Positions 19,496 to 30,172 of a DNA stretch of 64,000 nucleotides are shown in pieces. Source of the DNA: Candidatus Latescibacterota bacterium (GTDB taxonomy: Bacteria; Latescibacterota; UBA2968); the NCBI GenBank assembly GCA_965205975.1, contig OZ242195.1:2400001-2464000 (forward strand), written 5' to 3'. The notes under the pieces were generated by a model. It was not told the origin of the DNA. It was given only the letters and a program-made list of their open reading frames with translations, and searched no databases. A program made the position numbers and the translations under genes. Numbering within the stretch: position 1 is the stretch's first letter; every line of letters starts with the position of its first letter.

Positions 19496-19569
19496 ATATT
19501 CCAAATTTTGGAATAAATATTTGGAATAAATATTCAAACACTCGTCAATCAAATTAAAAACAATAAGTT

Positions 19570-20544
19570 ATGCACCACAAGGCCCCAGAGTATCACATCC
19601 CGATTTTGGGGCCAGATGTGTCAAAATACCTCATAACCGATCCCAATGGAATTTATGTCGATGCCACCTTGGGTGGAGGTGGACACGCTGAAATTGTGCT
19701 CAAGCATCTGGGGCCTGATGGTAAATTGATCGGCATAGACCGCGATCCCAAAGCCATCGAAGTCGCGACAAAACGCCTGATCCCGTTTAAAAATCGCGTT
19801 TATACTGTACAAGCACCGTTTTGGAACCTCCGACATATTTTGGCAGAACAGGACCTTGCGACAATCACAGGCATTTTATTCGATCTGGGTCTTTCGTCTC
19901 ACCAGATTGACAATGCCGACCGGGGATTCAGTTTTCAACAGCGCGGTACACTTGATATGCGTATGGGACCCGATTCAAAATGCACGGCACACGAGGTGGT
20001 CAATTCGTATTCGCAGGAAGATTTGGCCCGCATCATCAAAACTTATGGTGAAGAACGCGCTGCTGCCCGCATCGCCCGAGCAATCTGTGAAAACAGACCA
20101 CTCAATTATACAGATGATCTGGCCGATGTAATTGCGCGGCACAGCTATGGGCCTCGAAAGCAAAAGACGCTTGCGCGGGTATTTCAAGCGATTCGCATTG
20201 AAGTGAACGATGAATTGACACATCTTGAAGACGCGCTCCAAACAGCTATTGATCTACTCAAACCCGGTGGGCGCATTGGCGTCTTGACTTACCATTCGCT
20301 GGAACACCGCGCTGTCAAACGGGTTTTTGAACTGGGTACGCGCGATTGTATTGGGCCTGTTAATCTGCCCATATGTGCCTGTGATCGCCTGTCCGTATTG
20401 ACCTTGCCGGGAAAGCGAGCCATTCGACCAAATCGGGCGGAAATCGCCCAAAATCCACGGGCACGCAGCGCAACACTTCGCGTGGCGCAACGCCTCGGTG
20501 TTTCCGCTCAGCCCTGGTTATGCCATCGAGGTCCTCTGTCGTGA
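19570..20544 (+). CDS. rsmH: 16S rRNA m4C1402 methyltransferase
   Basis: DATLGGGGH, DLGLSSHQ, RGFSF, LDMRM, FQAIRIEVN, NPRARSA. Confidence 0.96.
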   Translation: MHHKAPEYHIPILGPDVSKYLITDPNGIYVDATLGGGGHAEIVLKHLGPDGKLIGIDRDPKAIEVATKRLIPFKNRVYTVQAPFWNLRHILAEQDLATITGILFDLGLSSHQIDNADRGFSFQQRGTLDMRMGPDSKCTAHEVVNSYSQEDLARIIKTYGEERAAARIARAICENRPLNYTDDLADVIARHSYGPRKQKTLARVFQAIRIEVNDELTHLEDALQTAIDLLKPGGRIGVLTYHSLEHRAVKRVFELGTRDCIGPVNLPICACDRLSVLTLPGKRAIRPNRAEIAQNPRARSATLRVAQRLGVSAQPWLCHRGPLS

Positions 20545-20834
20545 CTTCAGAACCGCGCCCGCCCTGGGGAATTTATCGCTCTGGTTTTTTATCGGTTATT
20601 CTTCTCGTTTCGGGATTGCTGATTTATATGTGGGGACATGTGGAAACCCTGAATCAGGGGCGTGAAATTGATCGGCTGCGTGCAGAGAAAAAAAACCTCT
20701 TGCACCAGCAAGAACGACTCCTGGCACGTACAGCGAGTTTGAAGCAGAGCAGTCGCATTCGCGATATTGCCGTTCGAAAATTGGGCATGGTGTTTCCAAG
20801 TGATCCACCAAAAAATTTGTACTTGAGTCGGTAA
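20541..20834 (+). CDS. ftsL: Cell division protein FtsL
   Basis: Single TM plus coiled coil ending RI..IA..KLGMVFP; between rsmH and ftsI. GTG start assumed (4-bp overlap). Confidence 0.8.
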   Translation: MTSEPRPPWGIYRSGFLSVILLVSGLLIYMWGHVETLNQGREIDRLRAEKKNLLHQQERLLARTASLKQSSRIRDIAVRKLGMVFPSDPPKNLYLSR

Positions 20835-22912
20835 TGAATATTCGCTTAAGAATAATCGCGCTTTTCGGTATAGGATTCGCGCTACTTTTGGCGTTTCGGC
20901 TGGTTTCTCTACAGGTCTGGTCTGTAGAGGCGTACACTGACCAGGCGCGCAGTCAGCATGTCAAGAAGCGGGTTTTGCTCGCAGAGAGAGGGCGCATTTT
21001 TGACCGACGCGGCCGGGTGCTGGCGACAAATCTCGAATCCCAATCGTTCTTTCTCAACCAAATATCTGATAGAGACAGCCTGCGTTCGCTCGCCATTCGA
21101 TTCTCTCGACAATCTGGGCGCGATGAAGCAGCTCTCCTGAAGAAGGTTGATCAATCGCGCTCCTTCGTATGGCTCGCCCGTCAAGTCATTGATGCACCTA
21201 CCGGATTGCCAGAAAGTATCGGACGCATTGTCGAGATGCGACGCAATTATCCCATGGGGGCTCTGGCGGGTCAGGTATTGGGATACACCGATACCGATGG
21301 CCTGGGAATTGAAGGCATTGAACGCGCTTTTGATCCAATCTTGAGAGGTGAACCAGGTGAGTTATCCGCACGCGTTGATGCGAGAGGTCAAATGCTCAGC
21401 ACACTCGGTGCAGTTCGGCAGATGCCTAAAAATGGCGATGATATCACCCTCACCATCGATGCCGATTATCAGGCTATTGCAGAAGAAGAGTTGCTAAAAG
21501 GCATGCAGAAATTCGATGCTAAAAGCGGCATTGCTATTGTGATGGAACCCCATACGGGCGAAATTTTAGCACTGGCAAACGCACCCTTTTACGATCCAAA
21601 TGATTTTTCAAAATCAGAACTCTGGATACGGCGCAATCGGGCAGCGACCGATCAGTTCGAGCCGGGATCTACCTTTAAGGTTGTAGCATTTGCCGCCGCG
21701 CTCGAAGCCGGTTTGGTTGAGCCAGAAGATAAAATTTTCTGTGAAAATGGCAGAATGCGTATCGCTGGCGGCAAAATACTTCGAGACTCACATCCCGAAG
21801 GCTGGCTGACCGTGCGAGAAGTAATGGAAGAATCGAGCAATATTGGTACGGCTAAAATCGCGCGTAAAGTGGAAAAAGGTCCCTTATATCGCCAGATGCG
21901 CTTATTTGGCTTTGGCGCAAAAACAGGTGTGGATTTGCCGGGCGAAGTCAGCGGTCAACTTCGCCATCCAGATAAATGGTCGGCACGATCATTGGAAACC
22001 CTTTCCATTGGGCAGGAGATCGCAGTGACCACCCTCCAGGTCGCCGCTGCTTATAGCGCGATTGCCAATGGGGGACGATTGATGACACCGCGTATTTTCT
22101 TAAGAGCTTCTCGCAAAGACTCCACAACGGAAGAAGGATCGCGCAGACCTATTCGACGGGTAATATCGCCCGAAACAGCGCGTACTCTTACCAGTTTTCT
22201 CGAGGGCGTTGTCAGTCATGGTACCGGTAAAAATGCGCGCATACTCGGTTTCCGTGTTGCGGGAAAAACCGGAACAGCGCAGCAAGTGAAAGAAGGGCAA
22301 CCCGGATACGACCCCAATCGCTACATTCCGTCTTTTGTGGGTTTTTTGCCTGTCGAACGCCCCGAACTTCTGTGTCTGGTAGCCATAGATAGTCCTAAAA
22401 GGATCAACTGGGCAAGTCAGGTTGCCGCGCCTGTTTTTAAGCGTATTGTGCAGCGAATTTTGAGCCTGCGACAAGCTCCTCTGCGCCACAGCGCGCCCCT
22501 GCTCGATGAACAGCCGCCTCCGCCTCCACGTGCCGACATTCATCTGGTGGGTCTTTCGCGGAAAGCTGCAACAGATGCTCTGAAACGTCTGGGAATGACC
22601 TATCAAATTGCGGGCGAGGGAGACCGCGTTGTTGGACAGCATATCGACATTGAAGAAAATAATGTCTCGTTGTTTTTAGGTTCTGCGCCTATTGCCACTC
22701 CCGATTACCGCACAGAGGCCAAAGGTTCAGACTCGCTTTACATGCCCGATGTGCGCGGAGCACCCGTGCGGCAGGCGGTTGCACAATTGACACAACTGGG
22801 GTTTCAGATCAAAATTTCGGGTAGTGGGCGGGTAATCGCGCAGTCGCCCGAACCGGGTGTACCCGTAAAACCGGGAATATTATGTACGGTCGAATGTAAA
22901 CGAGAAAGCTGA
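20834..22912 (+). CDS. ftsI: Class B penicillin-binding protein with PASTA domains
   Basis: RGRIFDR, EPGSTFK (SxxK), SSN, KTGTAQ, C-terminal PASTA. Confidence 0.93.
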   Translation: MNIRLRIIALFGIGFALLLAFRLVSLQVWSVEAYTDQARSQHVKKRVLLAERGRIFDRRGRVLATNLESQSFFLNQISDRDSLRSLAIRFSRQSGRDEAALLKKVDQSRSFVWLARQVIDAPTGLPESIGRIVEMRRNYPMGALAGQVLGYTDTDGLGIEGIERAFDPILRGEPGELSARVDARGQMLSTLGAVRQMPKNGDDITLTIDADYQAIAEEELLKGMQKFDAKSGIAIVMEPHTGEILALANAPFYDPNDFSKSELWIRRNRAATDQFEPGSTFKVVAFAAALEAGLVEPEDKIFCENGRMRIAGGKILRDSHPEGWLTVREVMEESSNIGTAKIARKVEKGPLYRQMRLFGFGAKTGVDLPGEVSGQLRHPDKWSARSLETLSIGQEIAVTTLQVAAAYSAIANGGRLMTPRIFLRASRKDSTTEEGSRRPIRRVISPETARTLTSFLEGVVSHGTGKNARILGFRVAGKTGTAQQVKEGQPGYDPNRYIPSFVGFLPVERPELLCLVAIDSPKRINWASQVAAPVFKRIVQRILSLRQAPLRHSAPLLDEQPPPPPRADIHLVGLSRKAATDALKRLGMTYQIAGEGDRVVGQHIDIEENNVSLFLGSAPIATPDYRTEAKGSDSLYMPDVRGAPVRQAVAQLTQLGFQIKISGSGRVIAQSPEPGVPVKPGILCTVECKRES

Positions 22913-22915
22913 GAT

Positions 22916-24370
22916 ATGCGCCTGAGAGAACTGATATCCGACGTGCCAGATGTCGTGAGGACGAGCGGAAATAATCCCGATATTGGGGGTATTGCAACCC
23001 ATTCGGGACGCATCAAAGAAGGTGATGTATTTGTCGCACTCAGTGGCGATGGCAGCATTCCAGATCGACATCCATTTATTTTTCAGGCGGTTCAGGCAGG
23101 TGCTCAAGCCGTTGTTGCCGAACGCGATGTCGATGTAGGAGATACGCCCTTTGTTCAAACGACCAACACGCACCGCGCACTTGCATATATTGCCCACCGC
23201 TTTTACAACAAGCCGAGTAAACAGTTGAAAATGATTGGTGTTACGGGCACTAATGGCAAAACATCGACCGTTTATCTTATCCGCGCGGTGCTTGATGCGG
23301 CTGGTTTGGCACCGGGTTTGATTGGAACTATTGAGCACGACCTCGGCATAACACGCGAAATATCGCATAATTCTACGCCGCAGGCTCACGACTTACACCG
23401 CATGTTTCGCGCTATGGTCGATGCGAGTTGCCAGTCAGCCGTGATGGAAGTGACCTCACACGGGCTGGCGCAAAACCGCGTGTTGGGCATTGATTACGAA
23501 GTTGCAGTATTTACCAACTTGACGCGCGATCATCTGGATTATCACAATACACCTGGCGCCTATTTGGCTGCCAAGGCACGGCTCTTTGACAATCTCAGAT
23601 CGGATGCTTATGCAGTCGTCAATACAGACGACGCGGCATCGAAAATATTGATGCAAAAATGTTCGGCACACTTGTTGAGCTATGGCCGCGCAGAAGGTGC
23701 GACAGTGCGCATTTTAGAGGGTAGCACTTCGCAAGGCGGTACGCGACTTTGCTTGCAAACACCGCGGGGAAAAATAGATCTGGAACTGGCACTTCAAGGT
23801 GATTTTCAATTATACAATGCCACTGCGGCTGTCACTGCTGGCCTCGCATTAGAGGTCGAACCTGATATCATTGCAGGGGCTTTGCGTGAGATTCGAATTC
23901 CCGGTCGTTTTGAAGGCATTGATTGCGGACAAAATTTTGGGGTATTTGTCGATTATGCACACGCCCCAGATGGGCTGAAAAATGTGCTTCAAACCGCACG
24001 CGCATTTGCCCGCGGGCAATTGATTTGCGTATTTGGATGCGGTGGGGATCGCGATAGGGGCAAGCGACCTGTGATGGGCGACTTGTCTGCAAAGTTGGCC
24101 GATCTATCTGTAGTGACATCAGATAATCCACGCACCGAAGACCCGGATGCCATCATTGCCGATATTTTGCCCGGTCTGGGCGATGCTCCGCACATCGTTG
24201 AACCCAATCGCCGGCGGGCAATCGAAAAAGCCATTGCAAAAGCGCGGGCAGGCGACCTCGTACTCATTGCGGGTAAGGGGCACGAAAATTATCAGGAAAT
24301 CAATGGGATTAAAGCCCCTTTTGACGATCGGGAAGTTGCACGGGAAATACTCAAGTGCAAAGTGGGGTGA
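22916..24370 (+). CDS. murE: UDP-MurNAc-L-Ala-D-Glu--meso-DAP ligase
   Basis: GVTGTNGKTS, MEVTSH, NLTRDHLDYH, DYAH, GGDRD, DNPR (DAP-type), AGKGHE. Confidence 0.96.
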   Translation: MRLRELISDVPDVVRTSGNNPDIGGIATHSGRIKEGDVFVALSGDGSIPDRHPFIFQAVQAGAQAVVAERDVDVGDTPFVQTTNTHRALAYIAHRFYNKPSKQLKMIGVTGTNGKTSTVYLIRAVLDAAGLAPGLIGTIEHDLGITREISHNSTPQAHDLHRMFRAMVDASCQSAVMEVTSHGLAQNRVLGIDYEVAVFTNLTRDHLDYHNTPGAYLAAKARLFDNLRSDAYAVVNTDDAASKILMQKCSAHLLSYGRAEGATVRILEGSTSQGGTRLCLQTPRGKIDLELALQGDFQLYNATAAVTAGLALEVEPDIIAGALREIRIPGRFEGIDCGQNFGVFVDYAHAPDGLKNVLQTARAFARGQLICVFGCGGDRDRGKRPVMGDLSAKLADLSVVTSDNPRTEDPDAIIADILPGLGDAPHIVEPNRRRAIEKAIAKARAGDLVLIAGKGHENYQEINGIKAPFDDREVAREILKCKVG

Positions 24371-25752
24371 TGGGTTATATGGAAGGGCTAACACTATCAG
24401 ATGTAATTGAATCGACCCATGGTCATTGGATTGGAAAGAATGATCCTTCCGCTATTGTGCCAACAGGGGTCAGTATTGATACAAGGACGCTCAAACCGGG
24501 CGAAATTTTCTTTGCATTGCCCGGGGAAAAGGTCGATGGTCACCAGTTTTTGGACGCTGCATTTGCCAGAGGAGCCTGTGCTGCGGTAGTCACAAGGTCT
24601 GGTGCTCGGGAATCGCGGCAATCAGAACTGTTGATCGCTGTCGATGCTCCCGATTTGGCCCTGGGCGATCTGGCCCGATCTTATCGCAGGCGTTTCGACA
24701 TTCCCGTTATTGGTATTACGGGTAGCAGTGGCAAAACGACAACTAAAGATATGGTCGCTGCTGTTTTGAGTACGCGGTATCGGGTTTTGGCGACAAAGGG
24801 AAATCTCAATAGCAGACTGGGGGTACCGCTCACCTTATTCAACCTGTCGGCACATTGCGATGTCGCAGTTATTGAAATGGGCATTAGCGAACGCGATGGC
24901 ATGTACTATCTGTGCAAAATTGCTCAACCGACCATCGGCATGATAACCAATATCGGACCAGCACATATCGAGTTTTTCGGCTCTGTAGAGGGTGTGGCAA
25001 AAGCCAAAGGGGAACTTCTGGAATATCTAGACGAGTCTTCTATGACTATCTTGAATCTCGATGACCTGTTTTTGTCCAAGGAGCAAGCAAAAGTTAAGGG
25101 GAGACTCCTGGGCATTGGCATCGAACGGATATGTCAATTTCGTGGGGAGGGACTCAAACTAGATCAGAAGGGTTTTGGTCATTTCTCTCTACAGGGCCAT
25201 TATTTTCACCTGTCAATTCCGGGCAAGCATAATGTGTATAACGCGCTGATGGCCGCAACGGCAGGTTGGGCACTCAATGTGCCCCTACAAGATGCGGCAA
25301 AAGCACTTGAAAATTTCACGTTGACCGAATTGAGAAGTCAGGTGCTGGAACACAATGAGATTCGCATGATCAACGACACTTACAACGCCAATCCCGCATC
25401 GATGCGGGCGGCGCTTGAGACCCTATCGCAAATTGAGGTGGATGGTCGGCGGATTGCAGTAGTGGGGGATATGCGCGAATTGGGAGCAATGACCTACGAC
25501 GCACATCGGGAATTGGGACGAGAAGTGGGCAATCGACAAATTGACGCACTCTTCGCGCTGGGCGACCTGGCGGAGGTGGTCGTTGAAGGGGGGCGCGAAG
25601 CAGGTATAGATCAGGCGTGGGCTTATGCAGACCGAGATGCGTTAACCGGAGCATTGCAGGCTTATTTGAAACCTGGAGACTTGATGCTCATCAAGGGATC
25701 ACGCGGCATTGCAATGGAAAGAATAGTTACAGCACTGGGATTTGAAATGTAA
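24370..25752 (+). CDS. murF: UDP-MurNAc-tripeptide--D-Ala-D-Ala ligase
   Basis: GITGSSGKTTTK, NDTYNANP, GDMRELG, KGSRG. TGATG overlap with murE. Confidence 0.96.
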   Translation: MGYMEGLTLSDVIESTHGHWIGKNDPSAIVPTGVSIDTRTLKPGEIFFALPGEKVDGHQFLDAAFARGACAAVVTRSGARESRQSELLIAVDAPDLALGDLARSYRRRFDIPVIGITGSSGKTTTKDMVAAVLSTRYRVLATKGNLNSRLGVPLTLFNLSAHCDVAVIEMGISERDGMYYLCKIAQPTIGMITNIGPAHIEFFGSVEGVAKAKGELLEYLDESSMTILNLDDLFLSKEQAKVKGRLLGIGIERICQFRGEGLKLDQKGFGHFSLQGHYFHLSIPGKHNVYNALMAATAGWALNVPLQDAAKALENFTLTELRSQVLEHNEIRMINDTYNANPASMRAALETLSQIEVDGRRIAVVGDMRELGAMTYDAHRELGREVGNRQIDALFALGDLAEVVVEGGREAGIDQAWAYADRDALTGALQAYLKPGDLMLIKGSRGIAMERIVTALGFEM

Positions 25753-25804
25753 TTAAGGCACGAAGATGGGGTGGTCTGCTCATCCCTTATCTCTTACGTT
25801 TTTT

Positions 25805-27010
25805 ATGACACTGACAAACGAACAAAGAGATGATCGAACCTGGATTCTATTGCTGCTCATTGTGGTCATGCTGGTGGGCTTTGGTACAGTAATAGTGTAT
25901 AGTGCCAGTTCTGGATTGGCACAACTACAATTTGACAACAGCAATTTTTTTCTCAACCGCTGGGCCATTCGCATGGCCATCAGTTTGGTTGTGATGGTTC
26001 TGCTGATTCACATAGACTATCGCGTCTGGCGCAAAAAGGCGCGTTTGATGCTGGCGATAGCTTTTGCTTTTTTACTCGTGTTGCTCATCCTCAAGCTATT
26101 TGGCATTGGCGGGGTGCGAGGTGCGTATCGCTGGATACCATTGCCAGGTGGGCAATTTCAACCCGCCGACATGATGCGCGTGGTGCTGGTGCTTTACCTG
26201 GCCGATTCCCTGACGCGCCGCCAGGATGTAATTGAAGGTTTCAAATCGGGCTTTTTGCCACATGTAGTGGTAATCGGCACAGCAATGGTGATGATTTTGA
26301 TGCAACCCGATTTGGGTACGGCGATGGCAATTGGCGTGACATGTGCATTGATGCTCTATCTGGGCGGGGTGCGGTTGCGACACCTCATGGCGATATTCGC
26401 AGGTCTTTTGCCTATTCTGTATGTGATTGTTTTTGTTTTTGGGTATCGCCGCGAGCGTGTAATGACGTTTATATTTCCCAGCGACGATGTGCAAAATACG
26501 GGATATCAGATCGCGCAATCCCTTCTCGCCCTGGGCAGTGGTGGATTTTGGGGCACGGGCCTGGGGCAGGGCCAGCAAAAATATTTCTTTTTGCCTGAGC
26601 CCCATACCGATTTTGTATTTAGCATTGTTGGAGAAGAACTCGGTTTGTGGGGCACCCTGCTCGTTTTAATTTTATTTTTAATTTTTGGTCGGTGCGGATT
26701 TCGCATTGCCCGCACAGCCCCTGATACCTTTGGTTTTTTATTCGCTTCTGGCACTACCATTATGATTCTGACTTACGCTCTGATCAACATGGGTGTGGCT
26801 ACCGGATTGCTGCCTGTCACGGGACTTCCCCTTCCCTTTATCAGCTATGGTGGTTCATCCTTGATGTTTACACTCTCCGCGACAGGTGTGCTCATTGGCA
26901 TTGGACGGGCGAGTACTCGAAACAAAACCCGTCACTCACCTGCTGCATCGCAAACCAGTCCCCGGCACGCGATGTACAGACGACACCACCTCATCACTCC
27001 CCGACGTTGA
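25805..27010 (+). CDS. ftsW: SEDS peptidoglycan polymerase FtsW
   Basis: VYSAS, QPDLGT, GYQIAQS, LPEPHTDF, GEELG, LPFISYGGSS. Confidence 0.95.
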   Translation: MTLTNEQRDDRTWILLLLIVVMLVGFGTVIVYSASSGLAQLQFDNSNFFLNRWAIRMAISLVVMVLLIHIDYRVWRKKARLMLAIAFAFLLVLLILKLFGIGGVRGAYRWIPLPGGQFQPADMMRVVLVLYLADSLTRRQDVIEGFKSGFLPHVVVIGTAMVMILMQPDLGTAMAIGVTCALMLYLGGVRLRHLMAIFAGLLPILYVIVFVFGYRRERVMTFIFPSDDVQNTGYQIAQSLLALGSGGFWGTGLGQGQQKYFFLPEPHTDFVFSIVGEELGLWGTLLVLILFLIFGRCGFRIARTAPDTFGFLFASGTTIMILTYALINMGVATGLLPVTGLPLPFISYGGSSLMFTLSATGVLIGIGRASTRNKTRHSPAASQTSPRHAMYRRHHLITPRR

Positions 27011-28383
27011 ACGATCTCAAAATGGTCTCATTCGACGCTGGAACCCGGGTGCATTTTATCGGCATTGGCGGCATAAGCATGAGTGCGTTGGCCGAATTGC
27101 TCGCCACACGAGGATCCCTCATTTCGGGTTCTGACCGGCAAGATTCGCCGCTCATCCGGCGTTTGGAACAACTCGGTATTCCCGTGCGTATTGGACATGC
27201 GCGCGATGCCATTGCTGGAGCCGACTGCGTCGTTTATACATCGGCGACGGATTCTGAGAATCCCGAAAGAAAAGCCGCGCGGGAAAACGGCATCCCTCTG
27301 TTGCGCCGCGCTGAATTGCTCGGTCAACTTGTGAACCCACATCCCGCGATATGCGTGGCGGGTACACACGGCAAGACCACCACGACGGCAATGATCACGA
27401 CCATGCTCATCGCCGCAGGCCATGATCCAACAGCTCTTGTGGGGGGGATTATTTCCGGCTGGGAAACCGCGTTGCACATAGGCAATGGCGCGCTCTGGGT
27501 AGTAGAAGCCGACGAATACGATCGCTCTTTTTTGACATTAAAACCCAAAATTGCCGTGGTAACAGCACTGGAAGCCGACCACCTCGACTGCTATGAAGAT
27601 ATGAATGATATTCGCGCGACTTTTGAACAATTTGTCAATACCCTGCCCGACGATGGCTGCGCTGTGTTGTGTGCCGACTCCCCTGAGATACGCATGCTCA
27701 ATCTCGATGGGCCATATAAAAAAATAACCTATGGCTTGACAGGCGGCGATCTTCGCGCAACGAATATTGAACAAGACGGTTTTGGGGTGGCCTTTGACGT
27801 AGTTAAAAAAAATAAGCGGTTGGGGCGCACGCGCCTTCAAGTGCCAGGCAAACACAATGTGACCAATGCACTATCAGCACTTGGAGTTGGCGTGTATGTC
27901 GGCCTCAATTGGGAAGAAATTTGCAGTGGTATAGAAGCATTTCGAGGTGTTCATCGTCGGTTTGAAATACTCGGCAAAGCACAGGGTATCGCGGTGGTTG
28001 ATGATTACGCTCATCACCCCACAGAAATTGCCGCCACAATTCAGGCTGCGCGGGCGGGATGGTCTGGCCGCCTTGTGGTCGCTTTTCAACCGCATTTGTA
28101 CACCCGCACGCGAGATTTTGCGCCCGATTTTGCCCAGGTGCTACAACGCGCCGATCGCGTTTGGATCACCGATATTTATCCCGCGCGAGAAGAACCCATT
28201 GCGGGTGTTGATGGAAAGTGGCTTGCCAATCAGATTCCCGGCGCAAATTACGCACCTGCGTTAAATGATCTAAAATCGGCATTGTTAAACGACTTGCACG
28301 CTGACGACCTGCTCCTGGTTATGGGTGCTGGAAATATTGAAACAGTTGCCCGCGATATTTACCAAATCCTTAGAGAAATATAA
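27007..28383 (+). CDS. murC: UDP-MurNAc--L-alanine ligase
   Basis: HFIGIGG, AGTHGKTTTT, EADEYD, DDYAHHPTEI, FQPH. Start TTG 27007 or ATG 27022. Confidence 0.96.
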   Translation: MNDLKMVSFDAGTRVHFIGIGGISMSALAELLATRGSLISGSDRQDSPLIRRLEQLGIPVRIGHARDAIAGADCVVYTSATDSENPERKAARENGIPLLRRAELLGQLVNPHPAICVAGTHGKTTTTAMITTMLIAAGHDPTALVGGIISGWETALHIGNGALWVVEADEYDRSFLTLKPKIAVVTALEADHLDCYEDMNDIRATFEQFVNTLPDDGCAVLCADSPEIRMLNLDGPYKKITYGLTGGDLRATNIEQDGFGVAFDVVKKNKRLGRTRLQVPGKHNVTNALSALGVGVYVGLNWEEICSGIEAFRGVHRRFEILGKAQGIAVVDDYAHHPTEIAATIQAARAGWSGRLVVAFQPHLYTRTRDFAPDFAQVLQRADRVWITDIYPAREEPIAGVDGKWLANQIPGANYAPALNDLKSALLNDLHADDLLLVMGAGNIETVARDIYQILREI

Positions 28384-28387
28384 GGCA

Positions 28388-29305
28388 ATGTACGATGCAC
28401 GACGCGATTTGCTCGCGCGAGAGATTCAAAGCCAATGCCGGGGCAAGCTCAAGCGCGATGAACCCCTCGCCAAACACACAACATTTGGGTTAGGCGGCGC
28501 AGCGGACCTCTTTTTTTCACCAGCCGATCTCGGTGACCTGGCCATTGCTGTCCCCCTGATCAAAGACGCCGGGCTTCCAATTTTTCCGCTGGGCGGAGGA
28601 ACCAATACGCTCGTGCGCGACAGCGGATTCCGCGGTCTGGTCATTTCACTTACAACGGGCGCGCGACGCATTGAGATTGGAGATGATGAAGGCGTCATAC
28701 AGGCGGGTGCAAGCACTCAGGTGGTATCTCGGCAATGCCAGCGGGTAGGCAAAACGGGATTGGAATTTGGATGCGGAATTCCCGGCACCATCGGCGGTGC
28801 AATATGGGGCAATGCCGGTGCCTGGGGCGGCGAAACGATGGATTGTGTAAACTGGTTGCGCGGTATTGATCTCAGAACGAGTCGAGAAATTTACCTTGAG
28901 CAATCAGACATCTCTTTTGGATATCGACACACTCACTTGCCCGATGATCTGCTCATTGTCGAAGCTGGATTTCGACTTGCAGAAGGCGATCCCAAAACCA
29001 TTGCCGCCGAGATGGATCGCATGCTGTCAGAGCGCAAGAGCACGCAACCGCTGTCAAACCGCAGTTCAGGGTGTATTTTTAAGAACCCACCAGGACATTC
29101 TGCGGGAGCACTCATCGACAGTGCCGGATGCAAAGGGATGGCGGTAGGGGCAGTGAAAGTGTCGGATGTACACGCCAATTTTATGGTCAACCTCGGCGGG
29201 CATTCCACCGAAGATGTGCTCGCGCTGATCGCACGGGTTCAAAAGCGCGTTTTTCAGGTTCACAAAATTGAATTGGAGACAGAAGTAGGAATATTAGGTG
29301 AATAA
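28388..29305 (+). CDS. murB: UDP-N-acetylenolpyruvoylglucosamine reductase
   Basis: GGGTNTLV, GIPGTIGGA, NAGAWG, FGYR, SGCIFKNP, HANF. Confidence 0.95.
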   Translation: MYDARRDLLAREIQSQCRGKLKRDEPLAKHTTFGLGGAADLFFSPADLGDLAIAVPLIKDAGLPIFPLGGGTNTLVRDSGFRGLVISLTTGARRIEIGDDEGVIQAGASTQVVSRQCQRVGKTGLEFGCGIPGTIGGAIWGNAGAWGGETMDCVNWLRGIDLRTSREIYLEQSDISFGYRHTHLPDDLLIVEAGFRLAEGDPKTIAAEMDRMLSERKSTQPLSNRSSGCIFKNPPGHSAGALIDSAGCKGMAVGAVKVSDVHANFMVNLGGHSTEDVLALIARVQKRVFQVHKIELETEVGILGE

Positions 29306-30144
29306 TGAACTTTTCCCAGGAGGGTTTTATGTCGGGATATAAACCAATCTACATATCTCACAGGTCTAAAAATATACCGGACGCGGTGAACATGACCCTG
29401 GACACAACCCCTACACCGCAGAAGAGCCGGCGAAAGCTCGCGCGCTGGGTAATTGTTATGACGCTGATGAGCCTGCTGGTTGTGGGCATCCAAAATGCCT
29501 ATTCATCTCTGGCAGATTCAGATTTCTTCCTGATGACACATATCCGAGTCCACGGCAATTCCATGATGTCTGAAGCTGAGATCGTGACTCTTTCACAATT
29601 GCAGGTGGGCACAAATCTTTTTGCCTGTGATATAACATCTGCAACGGAACGCGTGACACAACACCCCGTGGTTAAAAAAGTGTTGCTACATAGAGAACCA
29701 CCGGCAACACTGGTCATTAGCATCGAGGAACGCCATCCTGTTGGGCTGTTGAACACGCACAACGGTTTGATGGGGCTGGATGAGTCCGGCAAAATTTTTC
29801 CCCTGCCACCTGCTGCGCAGGTGGATTTGCCCATTCTGACAGGTGTTGATTTGCAAAGGGATAAGGATAGCTCCTGGGCAATTGCTCTGGCGGAATTTGT
29901 GACGGAATTACAAATCCACACGCCGGCATTTTGGCGCGAAATATCAGAAATTTGCACAGACACTCCCCATTCTGCTACGGTTTATCTGGTGGCCGATGAT
30001 CTGGCCCTCAAAATGCGTTTTGAAAACCCCGAAAAGCAGATTCGGAATTTCCGGGCCTACACCCAGGCCTCATCTGGACTTGGCACAGATCTCGCGTATA
30101 TTGACCTGCGCTATCGGGATCAAGTAATCGTGGGAAGGCGGTAG
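29305..30144 (+). CDS. ftsQ: Cell division protein FtsQ
   Basis: Single TM, POTRA-like region, IEER.P, LPILTG, C-terminal YIDLRY; precedes ftsA. Confidence 0.88.
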   Translation: MNFSQEGFMSGYKPIYISHRSKNIPDAVNMTLDTTPTPQKSRRKLARWVIVMTLMSLLVVGIQNAYSSLADSDFFLMTHIRVHGNSMMSEAEIVTLSQLQVGTNLFACDITSATERVTQHPVVKKVLLHREPPATLVISIEERHPVGLLNTHNGLMGLDESGKIFPLPPAAQVDLPILTGVDLQRDKDSSWAIALAEFVTELQIHTPAFWREISEICTDTPHSATVYLVADDLALKMRFENPEKQIRNFRAYTQASSGLGTDLAYIDLRYRDQVIVGRR

Positions 30145-30172
30145 TAGTTCATTAGCGAAAGGGACCCACACG

